A DNA stretch of 64,000 nt, taken from the NCBI GenBank assembly GCA_038496445.1, contig JALMLS010000328.1, positions 62,001 to 126,000 of the forward strand, read 5' to 3'. This document shows, one piece after another, positions 34,471 through 48,232 of the stretch. The notes beneath the pieces are model-generated. The model was not told where the DNA came from. It saw only the letters and a program-made list of their open reading frames with translations, and searched no databases. Numbering within the stretch: position 1 is the first letter of the stretch; the number at the start of each line of letters is the position of its first letter. The position numbers and the translations under genes are program-made. The stretch comes from Trichosphaerium sp. ATCC 40318. Lineage: Eukaryota > Protista > Tubulinea.

Positions 34471-35613
34471 ATAAAATCCTTGAAACCGAATCAGGGGTAT
34501 TAAGGCAAATCCAGGACTGAAAAAGAAATAATAGGCATTATGTATCTAATAAGAGCACATAGTGATATTCTGTCGAATTACCATCCATTAATTATGCTAG
34601 GTATTTTTCGTCAACCTTTAAATGACTGGCATGGGCTTATGGCTTCCTATGAGTTCTAGGTGTGACAGTTGTTTATAATTTGTTACAACTTCTAATTTGC
34701 ATTGCTGTGTACATATTGTCCGTATCATTCAAGTTTGCTACAGGTTTGGCAGAAGTATCAAAGTGTAATATCTTGCAAGAACTAACAGAACTGACGCTTT
34801 GATAAAACTTGCAGGACCAGTGCAATGTGAATGCATCACATTCTATACTAATGACAACGTAACTTGCTTGCCTTCTTATACATTAAGACAAGACGAAAAA
34901 GCACTGTCAAAGTAACATCATCTAACATGACGAGCACAGTATTTCATGTAGGTGTGCTCCATACAATACTACTCACTCAGGAGCCATAAAAACGAGTACA
35001 CATTGATTATTTACATGGTAACTTACTAGCACCACGCGAATACTGACACATTCAGGCGTTAAGAGGAGTATGTAACGTGAGAACGTTAAAACCTCAAAGA
35101 AAATTCCAAGCGCTTCCAAAGTATCTTGCGCTGCATGTACGGTATTAACATAGCGTAATAATCCGTTTTAGAGTATAGGAGACAACAGTTGGACCTCAGA
35201 GGTAATCAGAGACGTTAACAGAACTACACTAATGTACAAATAAAATAATGGTTATTAATAAAAACACGTGGTGTCGCAATAGTATGTATGCGTTGTTGAC
35301 ATGGATTTTGTTTTTTCCAGAACTGACAAGATCCGTCAGATCTTGTAGTTTTTGACATATCTTGCAAGAACTAACAGAAGTTGCAAGATCTGTCAGATCT
35401 GACTAAACACGAAAACCAAAAGTCACAAAAAGCAAAAAGTTGCAAACTCAATTGTAGCTTATGCTTGTTACTATTAGAGGCAAAAATACATAAGCATTGT
35501 TTTATTTTACTACTTGACTGCACGAACCAAGACATTCACTGGGAAGTTGACTAGCAGAAATAAATAGGAATAAACGAGTTGGGGAGTGAATACTGTATGT
35601 TTATTTGGAACTA

Positions 35614-36384
35614 CTACTGCTCTACAGTGTGTTGATGGTAACAGCTACAAAATAAATCACTATCTCCGTACAGTCTTAGGTCAGTTAAATACACAATCCG
35701 GCATATTGGTCTTGTCTGTAGAAGAGGAAATGTTACAATGCAGCAAATGCAAAATGTTATCGAGTTTGTAGACGGAGGAGATGTTGATGGCGGAAGTGAT
35801 GTTGAAGGAGGGAATGGAGGGGTACTGTTTGTTGAAGGAGCTGATGTTGATGGAGATAATGGAGGGATACCGTTTGGTATTGGTTGAGATGTAGAAGGAG
35901 CTGATGTTGATGGAGGTAATGAAGGGATACCGTTTGTTGTAGGTTGAGATGTTGACGGAGCTGAGGTTGCTGGAGGTACATTTGTTGTAGGTTGAGATGT
36001 TGACGGAGCTGAAGTTGAAGGAGGTAATGAAGGGATACCGTTTGGTGTAGGTTGAGATGTTGACGGAGCTGATGTTGATGGAGGTAATGAAGGGATACCG
36101 TTTGTTGTAGGTTGAGATGTTGACGGAGCTGATGTTGAAGGAGGTAATGAAGGGATACCGTTTGTTGTAGGTTGAGATGTTGACGGAGCTGATGTTGATG
36201 GAGGTAATGAAGGGATACCGTTTGGTGTAGGTTGAGATGTCGACGGTTGAACTGTAGCAGGAGGATCCTGAGAACTTCTCAATGACCTGCGCTCGCTCAC
36301 AGAGGCAACAGATAAAACCATTGCAATCATTGATAAAAGCAGAACAGCGGATATCACGTGTTTAAATGCCATAGATGGTATCAA
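35614..36384 (-). CDS. Secreted Ser/Thr/Pro mucin-like protein with 60-bp tandem repeats
   Basis: Signal peptide, then about 6 near-identical NGIPSLPPSTSAPSTSQPTT units. The 3' end may be spliced. Confidence 0.8.
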   Translation of the reverse strand: MIPSMAFKHVISAVLLLSMIAMVLSVASVSERRSLRSSQDPPATVQPSTSQPTPNGIPSLPPSTSAPSTSQPTTNGIPSLPPSTSAPSTSQPTTNGIPSLPPSTSAPSTSQPTPNGIPSLPPSTSAPSTSQPTTNVPPATSAPSTSQPTTNGIPSLPPSTSAPSTSQPIPNGIPPLSPSTSAPSTNSTPPFPPSTSLPPSTSPPSTNSITFCICCIVTFPLLQTRPICRIVYLTDLRLYGDSDLFCSCYHQHTVEQ

Positions 36385-37719
36385 TAGGATAAGGTGTTAC
36401 TCAACAGGTTTGGATGTTGTAGTTTTAGTACTTACTTTAAGTTTGCTCTCGGACTTTTTCTTGTTGTTATAAATCACAAAATTGGCACCATTAACTTTTG
36501 CACCATGCAATTTTTGTAACCAAAAAGTACAACTGATTCCAAAGTAATGCTGTGATGATTGTAACAATGTTAAAAGCTATTTTGATTGGCGTGTCGTTTC
36601 GAGAAAAAACAGAATCCCAAACTCTGTGGCACTTTTTACTACAAGCAAGGTAAAGAACTGTTTATTTTGTTTGTATCAAGTGAATGTAAAATGTTTAACT
36701 TGTTGTCTGAGATTGGAGTGTGATTTATGACATAGGTAGTACGTAGGCAACTTTTTTTTTCGGTTCACATGTTTTATCATAACAAAACCTCCAAAACTCT
36801 CCTACTAATCTGAAAACACTCCAACTTGCTTTGTATACGTCATAATAGGTTTAAGATTGTATTTTTTTATTCAACAAACATGCGTATAGGGAATAGTAGT
36901 ACGCTTTTGTTCGTGACATTTCGTGAAAGCAGTTAAACTTTTTTACCACTAAAAAGGTTTTTTATATGTAGAATCAAAGTACTGGGTGTGTACGTACTAG
37001 GGTTGATATTGGTGAAACCACGTGTCGCACTTTTTTTACCACCTTTTACATTAAATTCTTTCGTCACACTTTTTTCGTAATGCACATCGCTACAACCATC
37101 GTACAAATGTTGGACCCAGCTACTTTCAATAAAAACATGGGATTTAAAACAAGTCACAAAAAAACCAACATCAAGGGATTGCCATGTAAAAAACTCATAT
37201 TGGCAGCTTTAGTTTATCTAGAAATTGAATCTGTTACTACCGTAGTTTGTGTTAGCTCACACGAGATTTTTATATACTAAACAACTAAAGAGATTCTCGT
37301 GTATATGTGTAAGGTGTATTCAATTATAAAAATAACTTCAAGGTTACAACTTTGGTACTTCTGAAAGTCATCGAACTGATGCACTGTAGGCCAGCAGATG
37401 CTCTTGAACTACATAATCTTTGCTAAGCTATATTTTTATTAATATCTCTACTTTAACATCTACACTAAGAACGTCTTTTTGGATGCTACAACCTTCGCTT
37501 TCTGTTACACAAAACTTGTTAGTTCTTCCCAGACGCAATGCGATTGGATGAATAGAATAGTTGCAACAAATCTAAACCAACCACTCGCCATGTTTAGAAG
37601 CGCCATTAAGGGAATATTACTATTGAACGATCCTATAACTAAGTTGCTTTCATTCTGTGGTTATGTTCTTGGCATGTTGTTTATTTTGTACCTCATTGTT
37701 TCTTATTCAAGTTTTTCGT

Positions 37720-38020
37720 CACACTTCATGTAGCTTTTTTTACTTGTTTGCCACTAGCCCACGTGCTCTTTGACTTAATGTTTCCATTTTCATGCCACTC
37801 TCTGGGTATAACATGTGTTTACCTACCTTACGTTGTCCATTTTCGTACCAAAAGTTGGTTTCGCCATGCCGTGCATTGTTAAGCCACATGCCTTGTTTTG
37901 CAAGCTGCCCGTATTTGTACCACTCGTTTGCTTCTTGTTTAGAATTGCTCCAAGTACTTTGTACCCGTTGTAGTCCGTTTTTATGCCACTCTTTAATTTC
38001 TTTAAGTACTGCTTTGTTGA
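37720..38020 (-). pseudogene. MORN-variant repeat relic
   Basis: KEWHKNG, EWYKYGQL and HGETNFWYENGQ, with no clean start codon. Confidence 0.65.
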
Positions 38021-38206
38021 GAAAAGTAAGTTACAGCTAAAATATTATTGTAACCTTTCGCCTACTTTTTAAAACGTCACTCCCATTAGTAGCGTTCACG
38101 TGACTTTCTGTTTTTATGGTTACATAAAGTACTCATACGAGAGGCATTAAAGCTATCCTTGACTACAAGTGAACTACCAAAGTATAAGTCTAAAAGTAAT
38201 GTTTAT

Positions 38207-39618
38207 TTATGCTTTTGAGTATGGTATCTTGAATACAAATAATGCTACTCTTCCTGATGGTATAATAAACAATAGAAACACCATTGCATATAGATAATCA
38301 ATAGATACCAAGAATGTTAAGATAAATGGAGAGAAGATAATCAATGAAACACATCTTATAATGACATTTCTTCTTAAATGTGATAATTTTGTTATACTTT
38401 TTTTGCTGTACGATATATCTCCTGTCATTTCAGCTCCTTTGTTAATACCATCTATTATTCTTGTGATATATACAAGAGCTAATATTAGCTGAGGTATTAA
38501 AGCGAAAAACCATATAAACAACATGTAGCCAATCATAATCCCTGAAACAAAAAATGGTAAGCAAAAAATAGTGAAGGACTTTGGAGACCTAGGTGACAGG
38601 TAGATTATGCTGAGTTTTTTAAAATTCTATTCGTTGTTTATTGCGAAGTAAGATGCTGTCTCAAGAGACTCTCAAATAGAGTATGGAAAAAGCAAGTGAA
38701 AGAGACGTACATCGAAAAAGAGCAGCTTTAACAATATAAGCTGTAGTCGGCACAGCCAATCCCATTGCCAAAAAGGGTAGGCAATGAGTTCCATAAATGA
38801 ACTTGAGGATGGATATTTCATGGCCAAAGACAGGACCACTTGGGAGTTTCTTTAACAGCCTAAAATACAAAACTGTTGGTGCCAAAAAAACCGAAAAAAA
38901 TGAGAAAAACGTACGTTATCAAGCGTAGCCCCATGTATGTTGTGTATACTGCAGTTGAGCATGATCCAACACCCAAGAGTATAACTAGAGCCAATTGGGT
39001 TGTCGCACGAAATCCAGCAGCTATGAGAATACTTGAAATAGTAAACGCTTCAGAACAAAGAACGTCAGATAAAGAAAAAAGCATTGCACGTGAAATGTGC
39101 CACACAGGTACAATAAGATAAGATACGCACCTACATTTGTGACGATAAAACTTGCTAAAATGGCGTGATTCTGTTTGATATCCAAGAACGGACGCCAATC
39201 AAAAGGAAACAGTTGATAAAGTCTGTAAACCGATACGAAAAACGTGAAGCATCCCAATAGTGCCACAAAGCTGTATATTGTTATTACAGCAATTGAGGAT
39301 GTGAAACAAGCGGTATTATCTCCATTTTCGTCAACAAGATGTAAAAGAACGCCATCACCACTCCAACTATAAATTATCAGCTATTTAGAGGGACTGACAG
39401 CGTTTTGATCCGAATTTAGTGCTTTTACATAAAACAATAATCTAAAATGTACTGTAATTAAAAGGTTTAACCCACAATCACGTGTGTTGGCGTAGTATGT
39501 ATGAGGATTAAATTAAAGTCCAAAAAACGTACCCAGTGCTACAAACGCATGTATCGTTAATACAACTCCCTTTACCACCACACTCGAGGTATAAAGGCCA
39601 CTCTGTTATACATGGCAT
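38207..39618 (-). CDS. EGF-like + multi-pass membrane protein, copy B
   Basis: Paralog of 19723-21216 with a similar exon layout. Confidence 0.75.
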
Positions 39619-40109
39619 GCTAGAAACTGCTTTCGGCGTGCTGAGAAGATGAATAAAGGTCTTTTTTTGGCGTTTTATCAATTATATTAATTAAGTGCTA
39701 AAAAAATCCGTAAAAATCACCAAAGAGTGGCCATTTCCCAATGAAATTGTGCAGGCGGGAGTTTAAGTATTTGCAACCCAAATTTGCTATAGCTGGCTAA
39801 GAAACTAGATGAAGCAGATGCTCACTGTTTCAAACGTGACATCTAAATAGAAAATCGCAGCCAACAACTGACTTACATCCTTACTTCATAGCCGATGAGG
39901 TCAACTGTTCAAGAATTTTTGTAGCTGGCTTATCCGGGCCGGACCACGACCAACCCCTTCAAGTTACGGAGTACTATTTGTTCTTATAGTAGTGATAAGA
40001 GAAACCAATGGTATGAGAATGGATACATATTAATAACATATTTATAAGGCATTGTACAAAATATAGTTTTGATAAGAGTACGAGTGACTGGGATGCACAG
40101 GTTACCATT

Positions 40110-40932
40110 AATCTTCATCTATTTTTCACTTGTCCAATCTGGCAATCTAGTGGCGGCCAAAAAGTCAAGGTTTATGTCAAGTGGTCCAAACAACTATTTG
40201 AGATTAAACGACACTTATATATTTCAAGGTGTTCAAGCTTGACCAATGACATAACACCCTCATCTGTTATCTTGTCGCTCTTAAAAATAAATAGATGTTT
40301 TAGATTTGTCAATGAACTGATACCATCATCTGTTATCAAACTACCATTACCAATACGGATTGAACTTACATTGCCAAGCTGTTTAAGCCATACATCTTTT
40401 GCATGATGAAGCGAGATTGTGTGTACGTCTTTAAGCGCTTTTATTCCTTCAACAGTAATCTTGTCACACATACAAATGTTAATTGTATGTACTCCACTAA
40501 GTGCCTTTAAAGAAACATCTGTGATTGGTGTATTTTGCAGATTAATCATGTGAATATTGTGCTTTCCTCCTTTTACCAATGCTAAGATACCTTCATCATT
40601 AATCTTTGCTTGTGATAGATCTATAGTATGAACACCATAAAGACAACCTAAATCATAGCTTGATAGCTTAATCCTCGTTAAAAAACTTGTTTTTTTCTAC
40701 ACCTCATTTTTGTGTTTTTAAGCAAAGGACTTCCTTTTAGCGCCCAACAATCTGACCATTTCTTGATAAACAAGTAATCAAACCCAACATTATGTCGTAT
40801 TATGTCATTAAATAGACGAGAGACTGAAGAAGCTGTAATCCGATCTTTTCTGTATAAATAAGAAAGAATATGTGTTAACGTCTCTGGTGGCAATAGCTGT
40901 ATACTACTCTCTTTTCGTAGTTTGTTACCCAT
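40110..40932 (-). pseudogene. F-box + LRR protein with a frameshift in an A7 run
   Basis: ORFs 40678-40932 and 40172-40579 join if the A run at ~40690 changes length. Paralog of 1408-2248. Confidence 0.8.
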
Positions 40933-41061
40933 TGTAATTTAAATCAAACTCAATAAGCAACTCGCGTTACTTGTTTGTCACGTGTTTTTTTTGGATTTGA
41001 TTTGAAGTTAAGTACGAGAAAAGTAGCCATTTATATCAACTGCCTTGCTGTCCATCATACA

Positions 41062-43568
41062 ATGCGCACAGCTTGTTTATGTTTTCTGTTGCTGCTGTAC
41101 TCATCACTCGCTAAAGCAGGTACCCAAGTGTCTTCCTTCGAGTTGTTTTTTAATCTCACTATAGCGCCTAAACCACACGTGGTTTATTTCCTTGTTGACG
41201 ATTTGGGATACTACAACACAGAAATAACGAATCCTGAAGTGAAAACACCAACAATTGCCCAGTTGGCTTCTAGTGGTATTTTCCTTGATCGATTCTACGT
41301 CTACAAGGTATGTAAACACAATTAGAGCAACATTCTGTACTCTAGAGCCTTGTATTATCACAGGAATCTTTTTTTCTTATTTTTTTTTCCAACGATTTGT
41401 CACTTTGTGCTACAGTGTTCTTCCGCTCCTTTAAGTTCGCTGTCAGCAATCGTTTGGTGTAGAAACAAGCCGTCATTTTACATTATTTTAAACGCTGCTA
41501 ACACTATGGATCTAGTACTGTTCTCCTTCGCGAAGTTCGCTAATGAGGTACTTTTAATATTCCCAGTTCAGTTTTTAGTGCACTAACAGTATTTAATTCT
41601 TTTGTTCAGCGGGCGTTTACCAATTCACGTGAACGAACAGGTTCCTCTGCGATGTATTTTTTTATTTCGACTGACACGTGTTTATTAGAACTTGGGTATA
41701 CCTCACGCAAACGCTGGTGTACCGCCACAAATGACGATATTGCCTGCAAAGTTAAAGAAAGCTGGATACAGCACATATGCTATTGGAAAGTGGCATTTGG
41801 GTGCATCTTCATTTTCAAGGATTCCAATAGAACGAGGGTGAGTTGTTTTAAAAAATATCACGTGTTTTTTGTATTGCTTATTTAGTTGTTGATAATTACG
41901 GGCTACGGGTCTTGTTGCCCATGTGGAACGTGGGTTATTTGTTTCTGTGCTAATATGAATATTGTTTAGTTTTGATGAGCACTTTGGATTCCTTGGAGGC
42001 TCTGAAAATCATTACACTCAAACGAAAAGTATGGGGGATTGTGGACCAAATCCTGATTTGTGGGAGGTTCTCATTCTTTCCTTCAAACTTCTTATAACAA
42101 ACGTCTCAATGGCGCTTATCCATCTTCTTAGAATAATCTCCCAGCATTGGGATTGAATAATACAGGATACGGTGGGAACAAGTACAGAAAAAAAGTATGC
42201 TCGTTAACATTGTATCCAAGAAACCAAGTCATTAATAACTCTACTTTCTAGGCGCTTGAACTAATATCATCTCATGATGTGTCAAAACCAATGTTTCTTT
42301 ACATGGCTTTTCAAACATGCCACAGTACGTTTGTACATAGTGAATCAGTGCATTGACACAGTTGAACAAAATGCAAATCAAGTCAATAATTACTTCGTTC
42401 TAGTTCCTCTTCAAGTACCCAACAAGTACAAAGAGCTATATCCAGGTTTAGATAACGAGAACCGACAAAAGTATAATGGAATGTCGAGTTTTGTTGACAA
42501 CGCTATGGACAAAATCGTAACACTTCTCAAAGAAAAGAATATGTGGAACAATACTTTGATTATTTTTTCATCAGAGTACGAGATTTCGTTTCTACACGTG
42601 ACATTTTGCTGAGTCACGTTTTTTTCTGGTGATTGTTAATGTACCTGTAGTAATGGAGGACCAACTTATAAAGGTGGCGCAGCAAATAACTATCCTCTCA
42701 GAGGAGGAAAACACTCTGACTGGGAGGGCGGTGTTCGTGCTTTAGCATTTGTTTCCGGAGGTTTTATTCCTTCTGAGACGCAAGGAACAACAGTTGTACG
42801 TACAAACACACTTCTACTTAAGCATTTCATTGCTTAATGGTTGTAGAACGGATACATGCATATTTGTGATTGGTATACAACGTTATGTAACTTGGCAGGA
42901 GCAGATCCTAAAGATGTTGTGCCTGGTCTTCCTGATATTGATAGTGTTGATGTTTGGTCTTTAATAAATGGTGAAAATACGACATCACCAAGGACTGAGA
43001 TACCTCTTTCTAGCTTCCCGCGTGAAAACCAACAACCAAAAGCTATTCAATTAATTAAAGGTACAATACAATTTCGCTTTTTTCATTATTTTCTTCATTG
43101 AATGATAATTAATCACGTGACTGATATTGTTTTTCGAAGGTAACTTTAAGCTCCTTCAAGGCGTACAATGGGTTTCTGGGTGGACTGGTGTAAGGTATCC
43201 TAATGCGACAACAGCTGAAGGACACTATGTTGGTATGCACTTGATAAATGCTCAATCACCTCACCTAATTTTTTTATAGGTCACAGTATGCTTCACGATT
43301 GCAGCTCTGGATGTCTTTTTGATATTATTAATGACCCAACAGAACACCATGACTTGGCTTTAGAACAACCAAAAATCTTAGAAGAAATGAAGACACGTGC
43401 TGCTGAAATATTTACAACTGTGTATAATCCTGATAGAGGTAATGATAATAATAACAAAAGAACAATACTAACTTCCATCACAAACTAGGTAACTCATCGC
43501 TAAAAGCTTGTGAAGCAATACAAAACAAGTGGTCTGGATTCTGGGGACCTTGGCTTGATGATGAGTAA
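41062..43568 (+). CDS. Arylsulfatase B-like sulfatase (multi-exon, secreted)
   Basis: PHVVYFLVDDLG, CSPSRSSLMSGR (formylglycine motif), GKWHLG, NYPLRGGK, WEGGVR, LFDIINDPTEHHDLA. Confidence 0.95.
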
Positions 43569-43641
43569 CGTTACTATTGTACTGTGTGGCAAATATAACT
43601 CTGTTGAAAAAAGTGAAACTCAGTTTATTTGTTCTTTTTTT

Positions 43642-44799
43642 TTATCTTATTACTTTACATTCGCTACCTAATGCCTCAATACCATCTTCTGTTATTGATG
43701 CACAAAAACGCAGAACAATAAAGCGTACACCCACCAATGCCTTGATACCCTCATCTGTTATTAATGGGCAATAAGATAGGTTGAGCATATGCACACCGGC
43801 CAATGCCTTGATGCCTTCATCTGTTAGCAGTTGACAAGAAGGTAAGCTGATAGTGTGCACACCGGCCAATGCCTTTACACCGGCATCTGTTATCAAGTTA
43901 CAACTAGATAGGTTTATGAAATGTACACCATTCAATGCTTTGATACCCTTATCTGTTATTGAGTTACAATAAGCTAGGTTTATAGAGTGTACGCCCGCCA
44001 ATGCCTTGACACCCTCATCTGTAATTGAGCTACAATGTGATAGGTTGATGTTGTGTACGCCCGCCAATGCCTTGATGCCCTCATCTGTTATTGAATTACA
44101 AAAAGATAGGTTAATAGTGTGCACACCGGCCAATGCCTTGACACCCTCATCTGTTATTGATTTACAATTAGATAGGCCGATATAGTGTACTCCCGCCAAT
44201 GCCTTGACACCTTCATCTGTTATTGATTTACAATTAGATAGGCTGATATTGTGTACTCCCGCCAACGCCTTGACACCCTCGCCTGTTAGTGACTGGCAAG
44301 AAACCAGGTTGATAGTATGTACACCCTCCAAAGCCTTGACACCCTCATCTGTTAATGTACAATTAGCTAGGTTGATAGTATGTACACCAGCCAATGCCTT
44401 GACACCTTCATCTGTTATTGATTTACAATTAGATAGGCTGATATTGTGTACTCCTGCCAATGCCTTGATACCCTCATCTGTTATTGATTGGATGAGTGCG
44501 AGATTGATAGTATGCACACCAGCAAGTAACTGCAAATGGCTGTTCTGTGCAGAATGAAATGAATCCAAAGAGATGGCGGTATTCTTCAGTAAAGGGCTTC
44601 CAGAAAGGGTCCTTACTTGAGCTTCAGATGTAACTTTGATTTTATTGTATCCAACGTGGTAGTGGACGATATCTCGTAATAAGCGGCACGTTTGGGCTGA
44701 ATGGAGCGTAAAAGTGCCTTGTTTGAGAATATGAGCTATAATTTCAACTGGGAGTGCTATGAGCTCAGTTGTTGTCGTTTTTGTGTCTTTTTTGTTCAT
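43642..44799 (-). CDS. Intronless F-box + LRR protein (about 11 repeats)
   Basis: LIALPVEIIAHIL F-box and 24-25-aa repeats ITDEGVKALAGVHxIxL. Confidence 0.92.
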   Translation of the reverse strand: MNKKDTKTTTTELIALPVEIIAHILKQGTFTLHSAQTCRLLRDIVHYHVGYNKIKVTSEAQVRTLSGSPLLKNTAISLDSFHSAQNSHLQLLAGVHTINLALIQSITDEGIKALAGVHNISLSNCKSITDEGVKALAGVHTINLANCTLTDEGVKALEGVHTINLVSCQSLTGEGVKALAGVHNISLSNCKSITDEGVKALAGVHYIGLSNCKSITDEGVKALAGVHTINLSFCNSITDEGIKALAGVHNINLSHCSSITDEGVKALAGVHSINLAYCNSITDKGIKALNGVHFINLSSCNLITDAGVKALAGVHTISLPSCQLLTDEGIKALAGVHMLNLSYCPLITDEGIKALVGVRFIVLRFCASITEDGIEALGSECKVIR

Positions 44800-45099
44800 T
44801 TCGTGTGAAGTTATTTGTTTTACAGCTATCTTGGTATTGGTTACAATAATGAAAAGCGTGTATTAGTCTTAGTCAAGCTTGTTCTGCGCAGCTTTGTTTT
44901 CAAACTCCGATTGACTGGCTGAGTACGGTGTAAAAATAGCGAGCCTGGTACATATCTGATACTTGTGCTAAAGGAACGGTCTCGAATTATGGCTTTACGC
45001 TTACCAATATGCTGATATTTTTAGATAGTTCTATTTATATTAGAACTACTCTAGTTTAGACAAAGGACTGGTTTGGCTTGTGTAAAACAACCACCGTAC

Positions 45100-46250
45100 T
45101 ATCTTGTGGTTGTTGGTATACACTGGAAAGAGGAACCTCAGTTCTTGGCAATAAGATCAAACATCAAAGGTACATAATCAGCTGGATCAGCATGTGCCAA
45201 GTTATGTTGAGTACCAGTCAGAAATGTTTGCAACGTACAAAATTTGGTTTTACTGAAAGCTTAAACTATAAGTACGTGAGCTTGTTAGGTATACCCTCCA
45301 ACTTTTAGGTAGTGAATGTAGAAGTGTTGTGCTATCTCAAGTTTTATGTTGTGTCTTAAATGAACCGATAGAGGACTCCGTTTAAAAAGTAAGCTATGGC
45401 TGAACGCTTCAAGGATAAATGATAGACATTGCCTTGTACTTAGGTATACTAACGAGGACTTCACTATCTATCAGAGCTGCGAAAGGTCAATCAAACTTAA
45501 ATTCTATGTCCAAGATAATCTTGAAGCCAGAGGGGGTATTGTTGGTTGTGCCATGTACAATACAAGCGGTTCTATGAGTTTGAAAGGTGGATAGCTGCAC
45601 TGGTACTGGCCAGTATACAAAGCGTATTTCCAAGGGCAAGGGAAACAATACGGTGGTACTGTATGTGCTTTGCGTAGGCAACGTGGAAACGCTTGGAATA
45701 TTCACGATGCGTGCAAGGATTTGATAGCTATCTCAAAGCCTCTAGCAGAAGAAAAGTGACTCTAACTTGGTGGATATGTGTTTTCCTAGTTCATGCTTTT
45801 CAAAGGTGAGTAGAAGAGTGTGAGGCTTAACGTCCATTGTAGGTTCCTCTAATAGAAAAAACAGAGGTACAAAAATAGCTACACGAAACTGCCGAAAGCA
45901 GCAGGCCTAGAAGAAGTCAAAGAACAGGCGAATACCTTTAGTTTCATGACACTTCGGAAGAACCATGTAGAGAATCCACTACATTGTGTACAGCCGCTAT
46001 AAAATCGAACAGTGGGTTGTAGTTCATACCCTGGTTGCTCATTTCTTTGAGCGTAGTGAGTTCCTCTATGCTCACAAAATTCAGCATGTGGCGTGCAAGT
46101 GCCCCGCCACTGTTTAAGAACGCGATCCAACACTGTAGTATTTGTGCACCTGTAAATGTGAGTGCGTACTTCTCGCAGTAGTACGCGACAGCATCATCTC
46201 TGCCCAGACAGTACGCCAAGAAATACAGCTGACACGCAACACGTGCCAAA
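45100..46250 (-). CDS. Possible multi-exon gene of unknown function
   Basis: Coding-like ORFs 45944-46249 and 45487-45705 with splice-like boundaries. No recognised domain. Confidence 0.3.
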
Positions 46251-46911
46251 TATCACGTGAACAAGTTGTTTCTGTTGTAGCAACTAGCCTCTATCCCTAA
46301 AGGAACTGCATATGATTGCAAGGTTTCAGTGCCGAAAAACAGTAGCTCGTTGTATTAAATTGATGTACCTTGTTAAAGACTGTCCAGGTTTTGTTATTTA
46401 TTACTTCGTGAGTATTGGTGTTGGATAGCCTCGCTGTTTAGGTGGTAAAGCAAACAATAAATGATGGCGTATTTGGAGGACTAACGTGTATGCTCGTAAA
46501 GAGTTGTTGTACTAGATGGATGTTAAAAAATAGCTTCACAAATAACGTGCTTTTTCACGTTTCATGTTTCACGTTTCTTGCGTTTTTACAGAAAACAAGC
46601 ACAGCTTGGATTCCTTGACAACTCTATTTGAGTGAGCGTTGTTTCATTTTTTAAAACTCTACTATCTTTAGTTACCCATCTGTTGTGAACCTTGTTACTT
46701 TGTAGGATTTATTACTACCCAACAATTGGATTATTGAACTGACTTTGTTGTAGACAGCTTCTCGTAAAACAGTCAAGGCGTGTCAAGGCTTGGCGTCATT
46801 CAAAACAAAATACACGAACCACCTGAATTGAGCTTGTACCTATTACCACGAAAAACCATTCATTTCTCAATCTTAACTTTTAGGTACACTCCAGCGCTAT
46901 ACGGTATACAA

Positions 46912-47839
46912 ATGGAGTTCATACGAAACTTATTAACAACAAAGAACAGCGAGGAACTAGCGGTGTTTGAAAACTATGGAAACGAGGTGTGTAATTTGCT
47001 TTTCTTGAAGATGTACTAACAACATGTTACAATAGGTAATTACATGTAGATTATTAGACCTTCCTGTTGAGATACAGCGTATTATTGTTGATTTATCACG
47101 TGATGTGTATTTAAAGTGGCCAATTCTATCAAAGTACACAGCAACAACATCAAGGTATGATTACGAGATGAAAAAACATGGAAAGTGGCAAAAATTTAGA
47201 ACCAAAGAGCAAAATAGTGGTGAAGGCACTACTTCTTCAAAAATGCAGCTAGTGTGTCAAATGAGTATGTCACACGGTAAACGACATGGAGATTTTATCA
47301 CGTGGTATGAAAATGGTCAGGTACATGACCGATATCAGTACATAAATGGCCAACAAGTAGAACACAAAACCTGGTTTGAAAACGGTCAACTTGAAAGTCA
47401 TCAGCACTACATCAATGGAAGCGATGAAGAACAAATAGTTAAAATATGGTATAAAAATGGTCAATTACGAGAGCAGCATAGTCTTAAAAAAGATAAACTT
47501 GAAGGAGACTACAAAGTATGGTACGAAAGTGGTAACCTGGAACGACACTGGCGCTATGTCAATGGAAAAATTGATGGAGAGTTAAAAAGTTGGTACGATA
47601 AAAATGGCCAGTTATGGGAGCAAACCAGTTATGTTAATGGGAATCGAGAAGGAGAGCGAAGGATGTGGTATGTTAATGGCCAACTATTGAAGTACTGTTT
47701 TTTTGTCAATGGTAAAATTGAAGGAGAGTACAAGCAATGGTATTTCACTGGCCAACTGGCATGGCATTGCCATTATATCAATGGTAGACGTGAAGGAGAG
47801 TTCAAGTCATGGGATGAAAATGGTAATTTGAATGAATAA
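46912..47839 (+). CDS. F-box-like + MORN-variant repeat protein
   Basis: ..YGNE|intron|VITCRLLDLPVEIQRII, then about 7 WYENGQL repeats. Confidence 0.88.
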
Positions 47840-48232
47840 GCCAACTATAGCAATGGACAGCGTATACAATCTTGTTCAATGATGTAAACATGCCTGTTTG
47901 AAAAGTAAATATGTTAGGTTTTGAATAATAAGTTCTTTTTTTTTCATCTTGAATGTAATGTAATTCGCACAAGTGCGCTGTAGTGTTTTTATGACATCAG
48001 TGTGCTATTGATAGCCACTAAGACGTTGCCTTTCCTCCCAAACAATCGCGTATTAGTTGTCTAGCTGGCGCAACGGGTATTCTAATAGCACGTGGTATTG
48101 CCAACTTTAACAATGGATGCATCTGAAAACAAAAGACAGCTTTATGTAAAACGCACAGTGTCTATTGACTAAAATTACACGGTGTCTAAACGATTACTAA
48201 TGGAAACAGAGACGCCGATATGTAGTGAATTG

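Noticed and set aside
35860-36245. 60-bp repeats as a CRISPR-like array
   Set aside because: There are no unique spacers; it is an in-frame coding tandem repeat.
1680-40700. Programmed frameshifting in the two broken F-box/LRR paralogs
   Set aside because: The breaks are at different positions in short homopolymers; decay or sequencing error is simpler.
44204-44557. Antisense ORFs over LRR and other genes (also 57913-58374 and 26941-27384)
   Set aside because: They are shadows of real genes on the opposite strand.
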